In this document: piece by piece, positions 1-10,493 of the stretch
Layout: every line of letters starts with the position of its first letter
Position numbering within the stretch: position 1 is the stretch's first letter
Origin: Oligoflexales bacterium
Lineage (GTDB): Bacteria; Bdellovibrionota_B; Oligoflexia; Oligoflexales; JAPPIL01
NCBI GenBank assembly: GCA_965215515.1
Contig: OZ244057.1
Location: 352,001-416,000 of the forward strand
Reading direction: 5' to 3'
DNA: 64,000 nucleotides
Program-made: the position numbers and the translations under genes
The notes under the pieces: generated by a model
The model's database searches: none
Told to the model about the DNA's origin: nothing
The model's input: the letters and a program-made list of their open reading frames with translations, nothing else

Positions 1-1041
1 CAAAGGCTGTGCATGCGTGGCAAAAAACGCCGCGCTACTCTGCTGTGCCCGTGCTAACTGCTCAGCCCCATGCACCATCTCGGTTACCGCAGCAGCAAGA
101 TACTGCTGAGCTCGGCGTTGTTCAGGTTGTTGCGCCGTCTGAGTAACCAACTCGGCATGTGCCGTAGAGGTAATGAAGGTCAGCTGTTTGGCTAAAGTCA
201 AAGCCTCGTCGTCATCGACACGCATAAAAAACTGGTAGAAATCATAAGGTGCAGTGTGCGTTGCGGCGAGCCAAATATTGCCCTGTGCGGTTTTGCCAAA
301 CTTGCTGCCATCGCTCTTCGTCAACAGCGGTAAAGTCATCCCATAGGCGACACCCCCGCTCTGCCCCGCGCGACGGGAAGTTAGACGACGAATTAAATCC
401 ACCCCCGATGCGATGTTACCCCACTGATCCGAGCCGCCCACCTGCAATACACAGTCGTGGTGACGGTAAAGTTGATAAAAATCCCATGCCTGTAATAGGG
501 CGTAAGAAAACTCGGTGTAGGAGATACCCTGCTCGCGGTTAGCCAGCCGCGCTTTGACCGCTTCCCGTGCCATCATGCTGTTGACGGAGAAGTGTTTGCC
601 GACATCACGCAGGAAGGCAATATACTCAACTCCCGTAAACCACCGCATATTATTGACGAGCAGCGGCGGGTTATCCACACTGGCAAGAAACTTCGTGATG
701 AATGCCTCGATCGTCGCCGTGTTACGTGCCAACTCGTCCGCACCGAGCAGGGTACGCTCTTCACTCTTACCGCTGGGATCGCCGATCATGCCTGTGGCAT
801 CGCCGAGCAAAGCGATAATACGATGGCCGCGCTGCTGCAAACGCTTCAACGTTATCAGCGGTAACAGGCTACCGATGTGCAGACTGTCGGCCGTGGGATC
901 AAAGCCGCAATACAGAGTGACCCGCTGCTCTGCCAGCAAAGTGAATAAACGCGGGTCGGTGACCTGATTGACCAGATCGCGCCAGGCAAAATCTGCCTCG
1001 ATAGTCGGTGCTGCCGTGTTCGGTTTAGCGCAGCGGTTCAA
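1..1041 (-). CDS. tyrS: Tyrosine--tRNA ligase (3' end truncated by the window edge; not in the ORF track)
   Basis: Manual minus-strand translation gives LYCGFDPTADSLHIGS (HIGH), QVGGSDQWGNI, KFGKT (KMSKS) and PYDFYQFF. Probable TTG start at 1041 overlaps the end of infC. Confidence 0.95.
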   Translation of the reverse strand, partial: MNRCAKPNTAAPTIEADFAWRDLVNQVTDPRLFTLLAEQRVTLYCGFDPTADSLHIGSLLPLITLKRLQQRGHRIIALLGDATGMIGDPSGKSEERTLLGADELARNTATIEAFITKFLASVDNPPLLVNNMRWFTGVEYIAFLRDVGKHFSVNSMMAREAVKARLANREQGISYTEFSYALLQAWDFYQLYRHHDCVLQVGGSDQWGNIASGVDLIRRLTSRRAGQSGGVAYGMTLPLLTKSDGSKFGKTAQGNIWLAATHTAPYDFYQFFMRVDDDEALTLAKQLTFITSTAHAELVTQTAQQPEQRRAQQYLAAAVTEMVHGAEQLARAQQSSAAFFATHAQPL

Positions 1042-1504
1042 GAATAACCACCGTCGTTTGCCCTGGCAGGTGTGATCGCTTGCATTCTACCTGCTCACAT
1101 ACTCTGTTGAGCAGGTCTCGTACGCGGTCGTGGCTGTCTCGTTCTCGTCCCTTCAGTCTGACCATAACCTTGACCTTGTTGCCCTTGTTGAGAAAACGCT
1201 GGATAGCGCTGAGCTTGGTCTGCATGTCGTGTGCGGAGATGTTGAGCTTGAATTGCATTTCTTTTTGTAAGTTGGTCGCACCTTTTTTCTGGCGGGACTT
1301 TTTTTGTTCGTATTGGATTTTTTTTAAATCCTGAATGCGCACCACAGGCGGGCTAGATTTGTCGCTGACCACCACCAAGTCAAGACCAGCTTCCTCTGCT
1401 TTTGCAAAAGCGTGCTCGGTGGGCACAATTTCGTTGCTTTTGCCCAACACCAGCCTTACCTGCGGGTAACGTCGAGCCATGACACGGGTTAAGATTTCCA
1501 ACAC
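1025..1504 (-). CDS. infC: Translation initiation factor IF-3
   Basis: QVRLV...AEEAGLDLVVVS...PPVVRI and KEMQFKLNISAHDMQTK...FLNKGNKVKV..RLKGRE. SD AAGGAG upstream; start is GTG 1504 or TTG 1501. Confidence 0.9.
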   Translation of the reverse strand: MLEILTRVMARRYPQVRLVLGKSNEIVPTEHAFAKAEEAGLDLVVVSDKSSPPVVRIQDLKKIQYEQKKSRQKKGATNLQKEMQFKLNISAHDMQTKLSAIQRFLNKGNKVKVMVRLKGRERDSHDRVRDLLNRVCEQVECKRSHLPGQTTVVILEPLR

Positions 1505-1519
1505 ATCTCCTTAAATGTT

Positions 1520-3397
1520 TTAGATAATAAACCTCACCCCGCCGAGATCCGATAGACTGTGCGGGAAACGGTCGCCAGGCGTGCCTAGGAACATGTAGTT
1601 AGGTGGAATACCGTATTCCTCCGTCAGTTCTGCGATCAAGCCTGGGCCGAATTTTCCTTTACGCACCACGAGTGAAATTTCAACATCGGGATAGATCTCA
1701 TCGAGCAGTTCCAAATCTGCCGCCAAACGCGGTGGCGGCTCGGTCGTCCCATCGAGAATGTGGATGACGGTAATTTTTTTGGCAATCTCGTTCTCCTGCA
1801 CGTACAACATGGCACGGTTGAGGCTCGCGACGTCATCACCTTTGGTAAAAAAAATCAAGCCCATCGATTTCAGTGCTTCGATGTGGCTCTGTACCCTAGA
1901 ACGCATCTTGCGGTGCGATAACTCAAAGCTACGCATCATCTCGTCTACAACAAACAGAAAAAACTGCATAATGTGTTGACGGTATAATGTTATCAACACC
2001 ACCACCGCAGTGGGAACGAAATAATACAAAAAGTACCTGACATTTTCAGGGCTGACGTACATGTTGCCCGCCAGGCCGAACAACACCGCCAGCAACGCCA
2101 GAAACACCGTCGGCCACGAGGCGCGCGTTTTGCGCGGCAGACGTGCTCGTCGTACCTTGAGCAGCATGTTACCAAACCCGAACACCGCCATCACAGACAG
2201 AAAAGAAATGGTATACACCCCTGCCAGTGCGGTCGTGCTCCCCTCTGTGATGAGCACAATGGAGATGCAGAGCAGCAAAAACAGCAGAATAATGCGATGG
2301 TTAGTGCCACGGGCGTTGGTAACCAGTAAACTCTGGGGCAGACAGCGATCGAGGGTCATGCGAGTTACTAAGCCCGTCACCCCGACGAAACTGGCTAACA
2401 CCGCCCCCGATAGCACCAAGGCGGCATCGATGGCGATCAGCAGGGCAGGCCAAGCACCGCCGATTTTGCCAGCAACATCGACTAACAACGACTCTTTTGT
2501 CGCTCCGAGCAGCTCAGGCATGGTCAACACACCGAGGGCGACCGCGGCGATCAAGGGGTTGAAGATCGTTACGGCAATCCACATGTTGCGTAGAGTTTGG
2601 GGAAATACGCCAGGTTTTTGCTCTTCGATGAAGTTTGCCGAGCTTTCAAAGCCTGATACACCCAGCATAGCCACCGCAAAACCGAGTGACAGGGCTTCCC
2701 ACGGCGGACGTGCAGCTGGTATTTGCCAGAAGTTTGCCGCGGCTATCTCTGGATTGGTGGCGATGTAATAAATTCCCCCTCCACACAGCAAGGTCAAGGC
2801 CGTCAGATGCAGCACGAAGATAACCGCGGCCACCTTTGCCGATTCACCGATGCCGATGATCGTCAGTGCTGCGAACAGGCACAGGACGACGATAGTGACA
2901 GGAATTATGTCGAAGTGGGGGAACACGGCATGCACATATTCAACACTGACTTTCGCACTGATAACCGCGGTAGCGATATACGATAGTACCGTCAGGCACG
3001 CTGCCAGCGAAGCTTTGGTTTTGGTGGTGGTGTTCAGGAGACAGTTGTACGCGCCGCCGTTTAGGGGCAGTGCCTCGCCTACTTCCGCATAGATGGAACG
3101 ATAGAGGTAGAGCACCGCAGCCACCATCAACAACACGACGGGTGTGTACGCCCCTGCGTAGGCGGCGGCGAGAGCTGAGACGTACAGACAGCTGGAGGTG
3201 ATGTCGTTCCCGCAGATGGAGGTTGCCGCAAACGTTCCGAGCTGCACCCGCGGGCGGTGTAGGGCATGATGCCCAGGCTGACGACGACGTGGCTGGAAAG
3301 GGGTGACGGGTTGTGCGCGGCGCTGAAAGGTCAGCCCGCGCTCCTCGGGGGTGCGCTCAGCTAGGGTAAAGCGCGGCTGTCGTCTTTTATCTGTCAA
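1520..3397 (-). CDS. APC-family amino acid permease with C-terminal cytoplasmic domain
   Basis: About 12 hydrophobic segments; ATSICGNDITSSCLY, LPLNGGAY and SGFESSANFIEEQ motifs. Confidence 0.85.
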   Translation of the reverse strand: MTDKRRQPRFTLAERTPEERGLTFQRRAQPVTPFQPRRRQPGHHALHRPRVQLGTFAATSICGNDITSSCLYVSALAAAYAGAYTPVVLLMVAAVLYLYRSIYAEVGEALPLNGGAYNCLLNTTTKTKASLAACLTVLSYIATAVISAKVSVEYVHAVFPHFDIIPVTIVVLCLFAALTIIGIGESAKVAAVIFVLHLTALTLLCGGGIYYIATNPEIAAANFWQIPAARPPWEALSLGFAVAMLGVSGFESSANFIEEQKPGVFPQTLRNMWIAVTIFNPLIAAVALGVLTMPELLGATKESLLVDVAGKIGGAWPALLIAIDAALVLSGAVLASFVGVTGLVTRMTLDRCLPQSLLVTNARGTNHRIILLFLLLCISIVLITEGSTTALAGVYTISFLSVMAVFGFGNMLLKVRRARLPRKTRASWPTVFLALLAVLFGLAGNMYVSPENVRYFLYYFVPTAVVVLITLYRQHIMQFFLFVVDEMMRSFELSHRKMRSRVQSHIEALKSMGLIFFTKGDDVASLNRAMLYVQENEIAKKITVIHILDGTTEPPPRLAADLELLDEIYPDVEISLVVRKGKFGPGLIAELTEEYGIPPNYMFLGTPGDRFPHSLSDLGGVRFII

Positions 3398-3415
3398 GGG
3401 AAGACCTCATCTGCA

Positions 3416-4774
3416 TCACGCTTGCAGTAACTTGGCCGCGAGGGTGGCCAACTTGCTGCGTTCCCCGCGACTCAAGGTGACGTGCGCGGCGAGCGGGGTA
3501 TTTTTGAAGCGTTCGATGACGGAAGTCAGGCCGTTAGTTTCGGCATCGAGCCAGGGGTTGTCGATCTGTGCGGGGTCGCCGCTCAGGACTATCTTTGTGC
3601 CTTCGCCAGCACGGGTGACGATGGTTTTGATTTCGTGTTGCGAGAGGTTCTGCGCTTCATCGACGACAAAATACTGGCGAGGGATTGAGCGTCCTCTGAT
3701 GTAGGTAATCGGTTCGACGGCCAGCAGACCTTGTTCGATCAGCTCCTGATAGCCGCTGGACTTGGGTTGGTTGCGGGAGGGGCGGGGTTTTGCCCCCTCG
3801 GTGTAATGCCCTGTGCCCATGAGAAATTCGAGATTGTCGTAGATCGGCTGCATCCAGGGGTTGAGTTTTTCGTCGAGATCGCCAGGCAAAAAACCGAGAT
3901 CCCGCCCTAGGGGGAACACGGGTCGAGCCACCAGCATTTTGCTGTAGACATCTTCATCGGTGGTTTTGTTCAGCCCCGCGGCGATGGCTAGCAGGGTTTT
4001 GCCCGTCCCCGCGGCACCGCTCAGGGTTACCAGCTTGATGTTGTCGTCGAGCAGTGCCTCTAGGGCACAGGACTGCTCGATGTTGCGTGGGTGTATACCC
4101 CACACCCCGCTCTGTCGCGGCACTATCATTTCGATCTGTTGTGAGGCGATGCGAAAGATACCACAAGCGGCTTGTTTGTGTTGTTCATCACGCAAGATGA
4201 CGAATTCGTTGGGGTAGAACTGTCGATCGGCGAGCGACAGGCGGTGTTGATCGTAGAAACTATTGATCATCTGCGGCGATGCGTCGATGGCGGTGATCCC
4301 GCCGAACAGGTCGGTGTGGTCGATGCGTCCTGCGACCAATTCCTGCCCCTCGATACCGAAGGCGTTGGCTTTGACGCGCAGGTTGGAATCGTTGCTGATG
4401 ATGATCACGCGTGCCTCGCCGCTCTTTTCCGTCTGTAGGGCGAGCGAGGTGGCGAGAATATGGTTGGCGACATTGCGTTCCAGCTGGCGTGGCAGACGCT
4501 CGCTTTGGCGACCGAGATTGACATAGAGACGTGCCGAATCATGTCTGTCGGGGAAGATACTGATCCCTTCCGACAGGATGCCACGACTGCACAAACTGTC
4601 GAGGAGACGAGAGACCTGCCGTGCGCTGCGGGCAATTTCGTTCTGTTCTCGCTTGAAGTGGTCGATCTGCTCGATGACGGCGAGGGGAATAACGACATCG
4701 TTGTCGGAGAATTTGAAGATACACCGCGGATCGCTGAGCAGAACGTTGGTGTCGAGAACGAAGATTTTCTTCAA
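3416..4774 (-). CDS. PIN-PhoH family protein (PhoH2/YlaK-like)
   Basis: N-terminal PIN motif FVLDTNVLL; Walker A GAAGTGKT; RGRS, DEAQN and GDPAQID. Confidence 0.92.
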   Translation of the reverse strand: MKKIFVLDTNVLLSDPRCIFKFSDNDVVIPLAVIEQIDHFKREQNEIARSARQVSRLLDSLCSRGILSEGISIFPDRHDSARLYVNLGRQSERLPRQLERNVANHILATSLALQTEKSGEARVIIISNDSNLRVKANAFGIEGQELVAGRIDHTDLFGGITAIDASPQMINSFYDQHRLSLADRQFYPNEFVILRDEQHKQAACGIFRIASQQIEMIVPRQSGVWGIHPRNIEQSCALEALLDDNIKLVTLSGAAGTGKTLLAIAAGLNKTTDEDVYSKMLVARPVFPLGRDLGFLPGDLDEKLNPWMQPIYDNLEFLMGTGHYTEGAKPRPSRNQPKSSGYQELIEQGLLAVEPITYIRGRSIPRQYFVVDEAQNLSQHEIKTIVTRAGEGTKIVLSGDPAQIDNPWLDAETNGLTSVIERFKNTPLAAHVTLSRGERSKLATLAAKLLQA

Positions 4775-4944
4775 GCAAACCTACTCAGCACTACATGCCA
4801 GATGTCTGGATTCTATCTCGAAAGACATCGTGACGCAACCACCAAAGGAACAACTACCGCGTGCTACCGTCATCTGCGCGGCAAATGACAAAAATTCGCT
4901 ACGCCTATGCGAGCTGTGCTAGAATGATTAATGACAGCAACGGT

Positions 4945-5736
4945 ATGGAGGTGGTAGTGCGGAGGCTTGTCTTCGTCTGTGCGTTGTTTTTTGTCGGCGC
5001 TTGTGGAGCGAATAGTTCCGACTTGCGCACGGAGGGAGAACCAAACAGCGAAGGTGATGGCGGCGTACCGCCTGTCTGCGGGCTTGCTTTGGCACACCGT
5101 GGTTTTGTTTCTTCCTGGCAGGTCGATGCGGGCGACGAGGTGCGTTTGCCGTTGCCGAGTGGGTTTAACTACAATTTTGCCATCGACTGGGGGGATACGT
5201 CGGGAGAAGGAGATAGTGGGTATCCCTACGTTTCGTCTTTCGACGCTCCTGAGGTGAGGCACACCTACGCCCAGGCGGGAAAATATCAGGTTACTATCTA
5301 TGGCATGGTGGAGGCATGGAGTTTTGCTACGTTTCCAGAGAGCAAGGACAAGCTCGTTGCCGTCGATGAGTTGGGTGATGTCGGGTGGAAAAATTTGCAG
5401 GGTGCTTTTGCAGGGTGTAGCAATCTTAAGACGGTCAATGGCGGCGACACCAAAGAAGTGGAGGACATGTCGAGCATGTTCAAGGGGGTAGCTTCTCTAC
5501 GGCTGAATGTGGCGAGTTGGAATTTCAAGCAGGTTAGCAACATGCAGGACATGTTCAGCGGGGCAACGCTTGCCGATGCTGACTACGGCAACTTGTTGCA
5601 GCGCATTGTGGAAACAACTACCAAGCATGATGTGGCACTCGACGGGGGTAGTTCTCGTTATGACAGCAGTGCCGCAGCGGCGCGTGAAAAACTGCTGAAA
5701 GTAGGTTGGACTATAAATGACGGTGGGCAGCGCTAG
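4945..5736 (+). CDS. BspA/DUF285-type surface lipoprotein with PKD-like domain
   Basis: Lipobox VGAC; IDWGD...HTYAQAGKYQVTI (PKD-like); MSSMFKG and WNFKQVSNMQDMF DUF285-type repeats. Start is 4945 or 4957. Confidence 0.75.
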   Translation: MEVVVRRLVFVCALFFVGACGANSSDLRTEGEPNSEGDGGVPPVCGLALAHRGFVSSWQVDAGDEVRLPLPSGFNYNFAIDWGDTSGEGDSGYPYVSSFDAPEVRHTYAQAGKYQVTIYGMVEAWSFATFPESKDKLVAVDELGDVGWKNLQGAFAGCSNLKTVNGGDTKEVEDMSSMFKGVASLRLNVASWNFKQVSNMQDMFSGATLADADYGNLLQRIVETTTKHDVALDGGSSRYDSSAAAAREKLLKVGWTINDGGQR

Positions 5737-5774
5737 GGGCTTATGCTGCGGCGTTGCATTGCTGGCTTTGTCTG

Positions 5775-6407
5775 TCAGTGTGACCACGGCTGGTGCAGGG
5801 GAATGATGTGTGCGGGTGTGATGCCCAGGATAGACAAGGCGTGATGCCACATGTCTGTGGCAGGGGTGTTGAACAGCAGGTCTTGGTCGATGGCGAGTTG
5901 TAGCCAGTCACCGCACTGCAACTGCTGATCGAGTTCGCTGGCGTACCAGTTTACGCAGCCGATAAGAAAACGGTAGGGGTAGAGCATGGCGAGGCTGTGC
6001 CTGTGGTGCAGGCTTGGCTTGCTGGCTTCGATCAGTCTGTGCAAAGCTCGCTTGGCAGCCGAAAGACCGAAAACATCGCCAGGGTTATCATAATCAGCCC
6101 GTGTTGGACGGTTGTGCAAGATGATGCCCTTTGTTTGTTCCGTGGAGCCACCGTACCAAGCGGGAATATGGGGCGGCAACTCCGTCCCCACCACTTGCAC
6201 AAAATCACGTAGCGGCAACTCCGACACACGATTGACCACCAGCCCCGCTGCCCCGCTACGGCTATGTTCGAGCAACAGCACGACCGTTTCACGCAGATCA
6301 TTGTCACACATCTGGGGCGAAGCGATAAGAAACGATGGCGGCAACAACACCAAAGCAACTCCTGCGGCGATGATAAAGACTTCTACCCTGCAGCGTAACA
6401 TATACAT
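5775..6407 (-). CDS. YqgE/AlgH family protein
   Basis: FLIASPQM.D...TVVLLLEH...GAAGLVVNR, WYGG, and W...LDQQL..GDW. Start codon uncertain. Confidence 0.85.
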   Translation of the reverse strand: MYMLRCRVEVFIIAAGVALVLLPPSFLIASPQMCDNDLRETVVLLLEHSRSGAAGLVVNRVSELPLRDFVQVVGTELPPHIPAWYGGSTEQTKGIILHNRPTRADYDNPGDVFGLSAAKRALHRLIEASKPSLHHRHSLAMLYPYRFLIGCVNWYASELDQQLQCGDWLQLAIDQDLLFNTPATDMWHHALSILGITPAHIIPLHQPWSH

Positions 6408-6534
6408 TGCCAGTTGGCCAATATAATCTGGCCAGCTGGGTTGTTAGCCGCTTGCTCGCCTATAGCGGTTGAGAAGATAGGTACAATTATTAAATTTTAG
6501 TCTGTGGTATCAATTTGTTAAACAAGATAGTGAA

Positions 6535-7065
6535 GTGATGCAGCTTGTGTTCCGATGCGGGGCACGGGGGTGTGTAGTGTGCAGCAACCGTCGGCGAGCC
6601 TTCAGTCTGACCGAGTTGATTGTGGTGGTGTCTATACTCGGTATTCTCGTGACACTGGCGTTGCCGCGCTACCATGCTTTCACCGCCAGAGGACGGATGG
6701 CGGAAGCGAAGGTCAATCTCGCCCACCTCGCGGCCTTGCAAGGCATTTACCACGCCGAGTGGCGTAAGTATGCAACTCTTACCCTCGTCGGTGGTGTGGG
6801 CAAAAGAAATAACGGGAGAACGAGTTGCCCTGATAACCCAGCGGCCCTGAAGAAGAACCCGCTCGGTTTTGTCCCCGATGCCTGTGGCGAGCTGCGTTAT
6901 CTCTACACATATGGTGGAGCGGCCAGCAGTTTCAATGCTAACGCTGAAGCTAAGGCGAAGGATATATACCCAGGCTGCAACGTTACCGACAAAGACAAGT
7001 GGAAAGTTAGCAACACGAAATTAGCGCCTGAGCACGAGCAGAATGTTATCGAGTACTGTAACTAG
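6535..7065 (+). CDS. Type IV pilin-like protein
   Basis: Prepilin N-terminus RRRA|FSLTELIVVVSILGILVTLALPRY with Glu at +5; EAKVNL; C-terminal Cys residues. True start is probably downstream of 6535. Confidence 0.88.
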   Translation: MMQLVFRCGARGCVVCSNRRRAFSLTELIVVVSILGILVTLALPRYHAFTARGRMAEAKVNLAHLAALQGIYHAEWRKYATLTLVGGVGKRNNGRTSCPDNPAALKKNPLGFVPDACGELRYLYTYGGAASSFNANAEAKAKDIYPGCNVTDKDKWKVSNTKLAPEHEQNVIEYCN

Positions 7066-7186
7066 TATTCCCCCCTGGTCAAACTTTGCGGACAACACGG
7101 GCTTGCACACCGTCGTGGGTCGTGATTATCCTTGCGGATAGCGGTACCCCTTAGTTCCGTGGGTACGGGCAGCGATGGTGTGAGCG

Positions 7187-7789
7187 GTGAAGCAGATGAT
7201 CATTGTGTCTGCCGCGGCGTTTGAGAGTGCGCCGTTGTGTGCGGCACTCGCCGCGCGGGAGAGCGTGGCGACCGTAGTGTGTGGGGTGGGGGTGATTGCC
7301 GCGGCGACGGCGGGGCAACGGGTGCGGTCTTTGTGTCGCGGGAGGGAAGTGCTGTTCATCGGCACCTGCGGCACGTTTGGTGCGTTTGAGCAAATTGCGC
7401 TGTGTCGTGCACAAACTCTGCACTGGTCTCCGACTTGTGCCCGTGTAGGTTTGTCATATGCGGTGGACAAGACACCGCCGTTAGCGCTCGATCCCCGCTC
7501 TCGCTACGACGATCTGCCTGTGGCGGAGGTTTTTTGTGCACCCAACGTCAGCTTGATAAATAATTTGCCCGCGGCCGCGCCAGCGGGTATGTTGTATGTG
7601 GAGAATGTCGAGGCGTATGCGTTTTTGGCGGCCCTGCACACTGCCGCGAGGGTGGTTGACGTGTTGTTGGCGGTGACCAACGCGGTAGGGAGGGATGCGG
7701 CACGGCAGTGGCGGCAGCATCATTCTGCGGCGGCCGAGTTGACCGCGGCATACGTTAAACGGCGGCGTTTCACGCACCACACGACTTGA
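7187..7789 (+). CDS. Nucleoside phosphorylase-fold protein (MTA/SAH nucleosidase or MqnB-like)
   Basis: VSAAAFE, CGVGVIAAA, LFIGTCG, VENVEAYA and VTNAVG...W motifs. Confidence 0.65.
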   Translation: MKQMIIVSAAAFESAPLCAALAARESVATVVCGVGVIAAATAGQRVRSLCRGREVLFIGTCGTFGAFEQIALCRAQTLHWSPTCARVGLSYAVDKTPPLALDPRSRYDDLPVAEVFCAPNVSLINNLPAAAPAGMLYVENVEAYAFLAALHTAARVVDVLLAVTNAVGRDAARQWRQHHSAAAELTAAYVKRRRFTHHTT

Positions 7790-8352
7790 AGGACATGGCT
7801 GTGCGCATCGATGAGCCTGAAGCGTTGTTGACGCTGGACTTGTTTCGGGTAGAAAAATTGCTGGTCGACGAGCGTCCCTTCTATCGGCTGGCAGTGCCTG
7901 ATTGGGTTAACCTTGTGCCAGTCACGGCACAGGGCAAGGTGTTGCTGGTGCGGCAGTTTCGTGTCGGAATCGAAGGCAGTGTGCTGGAAACACCTGGCGG
8001 GGTGGTGGATGCGGGGGAGAAGGACACCACGCTGGCGGCGGTGCGCGAGCTGGAAGAAGAGACGGGCTATACCAGCCGCAACGTCTTACCTCTCGCGGCA
8101 CTCAATCCCAATCCCGCGATCATGACCAACATCGTGCATTTTTTCCTTGCCCTGCACTGCGAGCCTGCGCGGCCTCGCCAGCATTTTCCCGATGCGGGCG
8201 AGTTTGATCTGCAGACCGAAGCCGTCGCTATTGCCGATCTCGATCTGCTGGTGCGCAGTGGGCGTATCAATCACTGTCTTTCTGCACTGGCAATCATGCT
8301 GGCACAGAGATACCTCGGACGAGCTGAGGCGGGCAGCGAGGGAGACATCTAG
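7786..8352 (+). CDS. NUDIX hydrolase (ADP-ribose pyrophosphatase-like)
   Basis: VRQFR...LETPGGVVDAGE....AAVRELEEETGY Nudix box. Confidence 0.92.
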   Translation: MKDMAVRIDEPEALLTLDLFRVEKLLVDERPFYRLAVPDWVNLVPVTAQGKVLLVRQFRVGIEGSVLETPGGVVDAGEKDTTLAAVRELEEETGYTSRNVLPLAALNPNPAIMTNIVHFFLALHCEPARPRQHFPDAGEFDLQTEAVAIADLDLLVRSGRINHCLSALAIMLAQRYLGRAEAGSEGDI

Positions 8353-8363
8353 CCATCAAAGCA

Positions 8364-10433
8364 CTAGGGAATGAGGTGCAACTCAACTTTCACCTTGCTG
8401 TCGGGAGGCACTTTGCCCGTCAAGGTTAGGGTTCTGCCCTGGCGTTGGTAGTCTGTGTCTTTGATTTGCACGTCGTTGACGAAAACTTTCCACTCTTCTT
8501 TGTTGTAGGTGGTGCTACTTCTGATCGGTGCGCTGACAGTGAACTGTTGCTGGGATATTATCTCCTTGTAGGTTGCCGTTATCGTATCACGACGGCTGAC
8601 ATGCTGAGCGGCACAAGCACTGTCTAGCTCGATACTATCACCATCTAGCGTCAATTCCTGCTCATTGCAAACCAGCTGACCATCGACCGCTAGCTTCACG
8701 CTGTCAGCGACCCTTGCGGAGGGCAGGCCGAGGCGATTTTCCATCCCGTCCTCGGCATCGTAGCAAACATGTACGGCATCGCCGACGCTCAGTCCTGTCC
8801 TGGTCATCAGCGTCAGTTCATCGTTGTTTTGTGCGTAGGTGCAAGCGACGGGGGTGCTGCACATGTTATCTTCGCCACAGCGCGGTGTGCCTTTGTACCC
8901 TTGCAGATGTAAATCGTAGGAAGGCTCGATGACTTCAGTCGTACAGGTGGCGAGACCAGAGTTAGCTTCCTTTTCAAAGAAGATGCGGTCGTTAGGAAAG
9001 GTCAGAATATTTCCTGCAAGATTGTACATGGTGACATCCCTGTTTTCGTCATCGTCGTAGACGATGTGGGGGATGATTTCCTCGCCTATCTTGACTTCCA
9101 AATCATCGATAGCACAGCTAAAACCGAGATCGTAGCGGGCTTCGACGAGGTGTTCGCTGATGCCTTCCTTAACATCGTCGGAAAACGACGCGTAGTTGTC
9201 GTCTGTGTTCAGGTCAAAGATATTGCTAAAGTGTTGTCCGTAGCGGGTTTTGTAACTAAAGGCGAAGGCGAGACTATCGGGAGACATGATAAAGTTGGGT
9301 TTATCGCTACGACCTTTGAAGCAGGGGTTGATATGTTTTTTGTTGGTATTTTTGATCCACACGCTTTCGGGATCATAGTCATCACCTAGGTCTTTGCATC
9401 TCGTGTGGGTGTCGAAGATGCCAAACAAACGCCACTTGTATTCGTCTCGGTCTCGATCGTACGCACCTTTGTGGTAGTCGAGTTCAGCAACGAGTTGTCT
9501 TCCGATCCCGCAGGTGAAGGAGTTCCAGCGATAGTCGTCTGGCACGCTGGTAGGGTCCTCAGTTTTTTGCCGCAATACTTCTCTGGTGTCAGGCCCCCCG
9601 CCGTCTCCTTCAGAGTTGGGGTCGCGTGTACATTGGTGGTCTTCGTCGCTGATCATAATCACCGCTAGTTTCGCTTCCTCCCGCAACCAGCTGTGCGATG
9701 CGGCGTAGTCGCTGGTTTTGACCCACTTTGCGTCGGTGCTATCCCATGCGCTGAAGGGGAAAAAATTCGCGCTACGCTGTTCTTCGGTGTTGACCCCTCC
9801 TTTCCAGGCAGCGGCAGCGGCTACTGCACCGTCGCCGAGCACGCTGCGTGTCTTCCATACTACTCGCTCGTCATAGACGCGCCAGGCATCTTGCACGCCG
9901 TCGCGCAGGTTTTCGATGACGTTATGGATAGCGGCGATACTGGACGATGCCCGCACTTTAGTCTGCTGCGAGAGGTATCTGGGATGTGTGCTGCTCGCGA
10001 GGGTTAGTCGCCAGTCGACTGCGCTGAGAGCAGCGAGCAGATTGCTGATTACCCCTGCGATGTTAGTGTAATTTATACTGCGGGCACCGTTGTCCTGTGA
10101 GTTGTCGATTACCATCAGCAGGTCGAGTTTACCTTTGCTGCTGAGGTTGTTGAGTGGTTTGCGCGGTTTTGCTAGTGCGGTTAGAGCGACGGATGTCGAG
10201 CGGTGCGGGTCGCCTAGGGTCATCGTCCGCTGTCCCTCTCGGATGGGGTTGGCAATACCTTGCAGCCCCACTTCTATGGTTGTTGGCAGTGGCTGTGCCA
10301 GTACTCTGGTGTCACCGCTCATGTTGTTGCCCGCGGTGGCATCGTTTTCATCGCTTGACTCCACGGTGGCTGTGAACTGGGAACGTCCACAGGCTAGGAT
10401 TAGCAGCCATCCTGCTATCGCCAAGGTTCTCAT
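8364..10433 (-). CDS. Large lipoprotein with vWA-like domain
   Basis: Lipobox ILAC after ATG 10433; LDLLMVIDNS and LAVIMISDED vWA-like strands; beta-rich, Cys-containing C-terminal half. Confidence 0.6.
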   Translation of the reverse strand: MRTLAIAGWLLILACGRSQFTATVESSDENDATAGNNMSGDTRVLAQPLPTTIEVGLQGIANPIREGQRTMTLGDPHRSTSVALTALAKPRKPLNNLSSKGKLDLLMVIDNSQDNGARSINYTNIAGVISNLLAALSAVDWRLTLASSTHPRYLSQQTKVRASSSIAAIHNVIENLRDGVQDAWRVYDERVVWKTRSVLGDGAVAAAAAWKGGVNTEEQRSANFFPFSAWDSTDAKWVKTSDYAASHSWLREEAKLAVIMISDEDHQCTRDPNSEGDGGGPDTREVLRQKTEDPTSVPDDYRWNSFTCGIGRQLVAELDYHKGAYDRDRDEYKWRLFGIFDTHTRCKDLGDDYDPESVWIKNTNKKHINPCFKGRSDKPNFIMSPDSLAFAFSYKTRYGQHFSNIFDLNTDDNYASFSDDVKEGISEHLVEARYDLGFSCAIDDLEVKIGEEIIPHIVYDDDENRDVTMYNLAGNILTFPNDRIFFEKEANSGLATCTTEVIEPSYDLHLQGYKGTPRCGEDNMCSTPVACTYAQNNDELTLMTRTGLSVGDAVHVCYDAEDGMENRLGLPSARVADSVKLAVDGQLVCNEQELTLDGDSIELDSACAAQHVSRRDTITATYKEIISQQQFTVSAPIRSSTTYNKEEWKVFVNDVQIKDTDYQRQGRTLTLTGKVPPDSKVKVELHLIP

Positions 10434-10464
10434 CGTCCCGCAACTCCCCACCTTCTGCCCCGCC

Positions 10465-10493
10465 GCATCGGCACAGGACAGAAAAAGCCTTAG
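10465..10493 (-). promoter_or_regulatory. sigma28 (FliA)-like promoter
   Basis: Minus strand reads CTAAG-N16-GCCGATGC, just upstream of the vWA lipoprotein gene. Confidence 0.45.

Noticed and set aside
6592..6615. Pilin cleavage site A|F rather than G|F
   Set aside because: Ala at -1 is a tolerated variant for prepilin peptidase.
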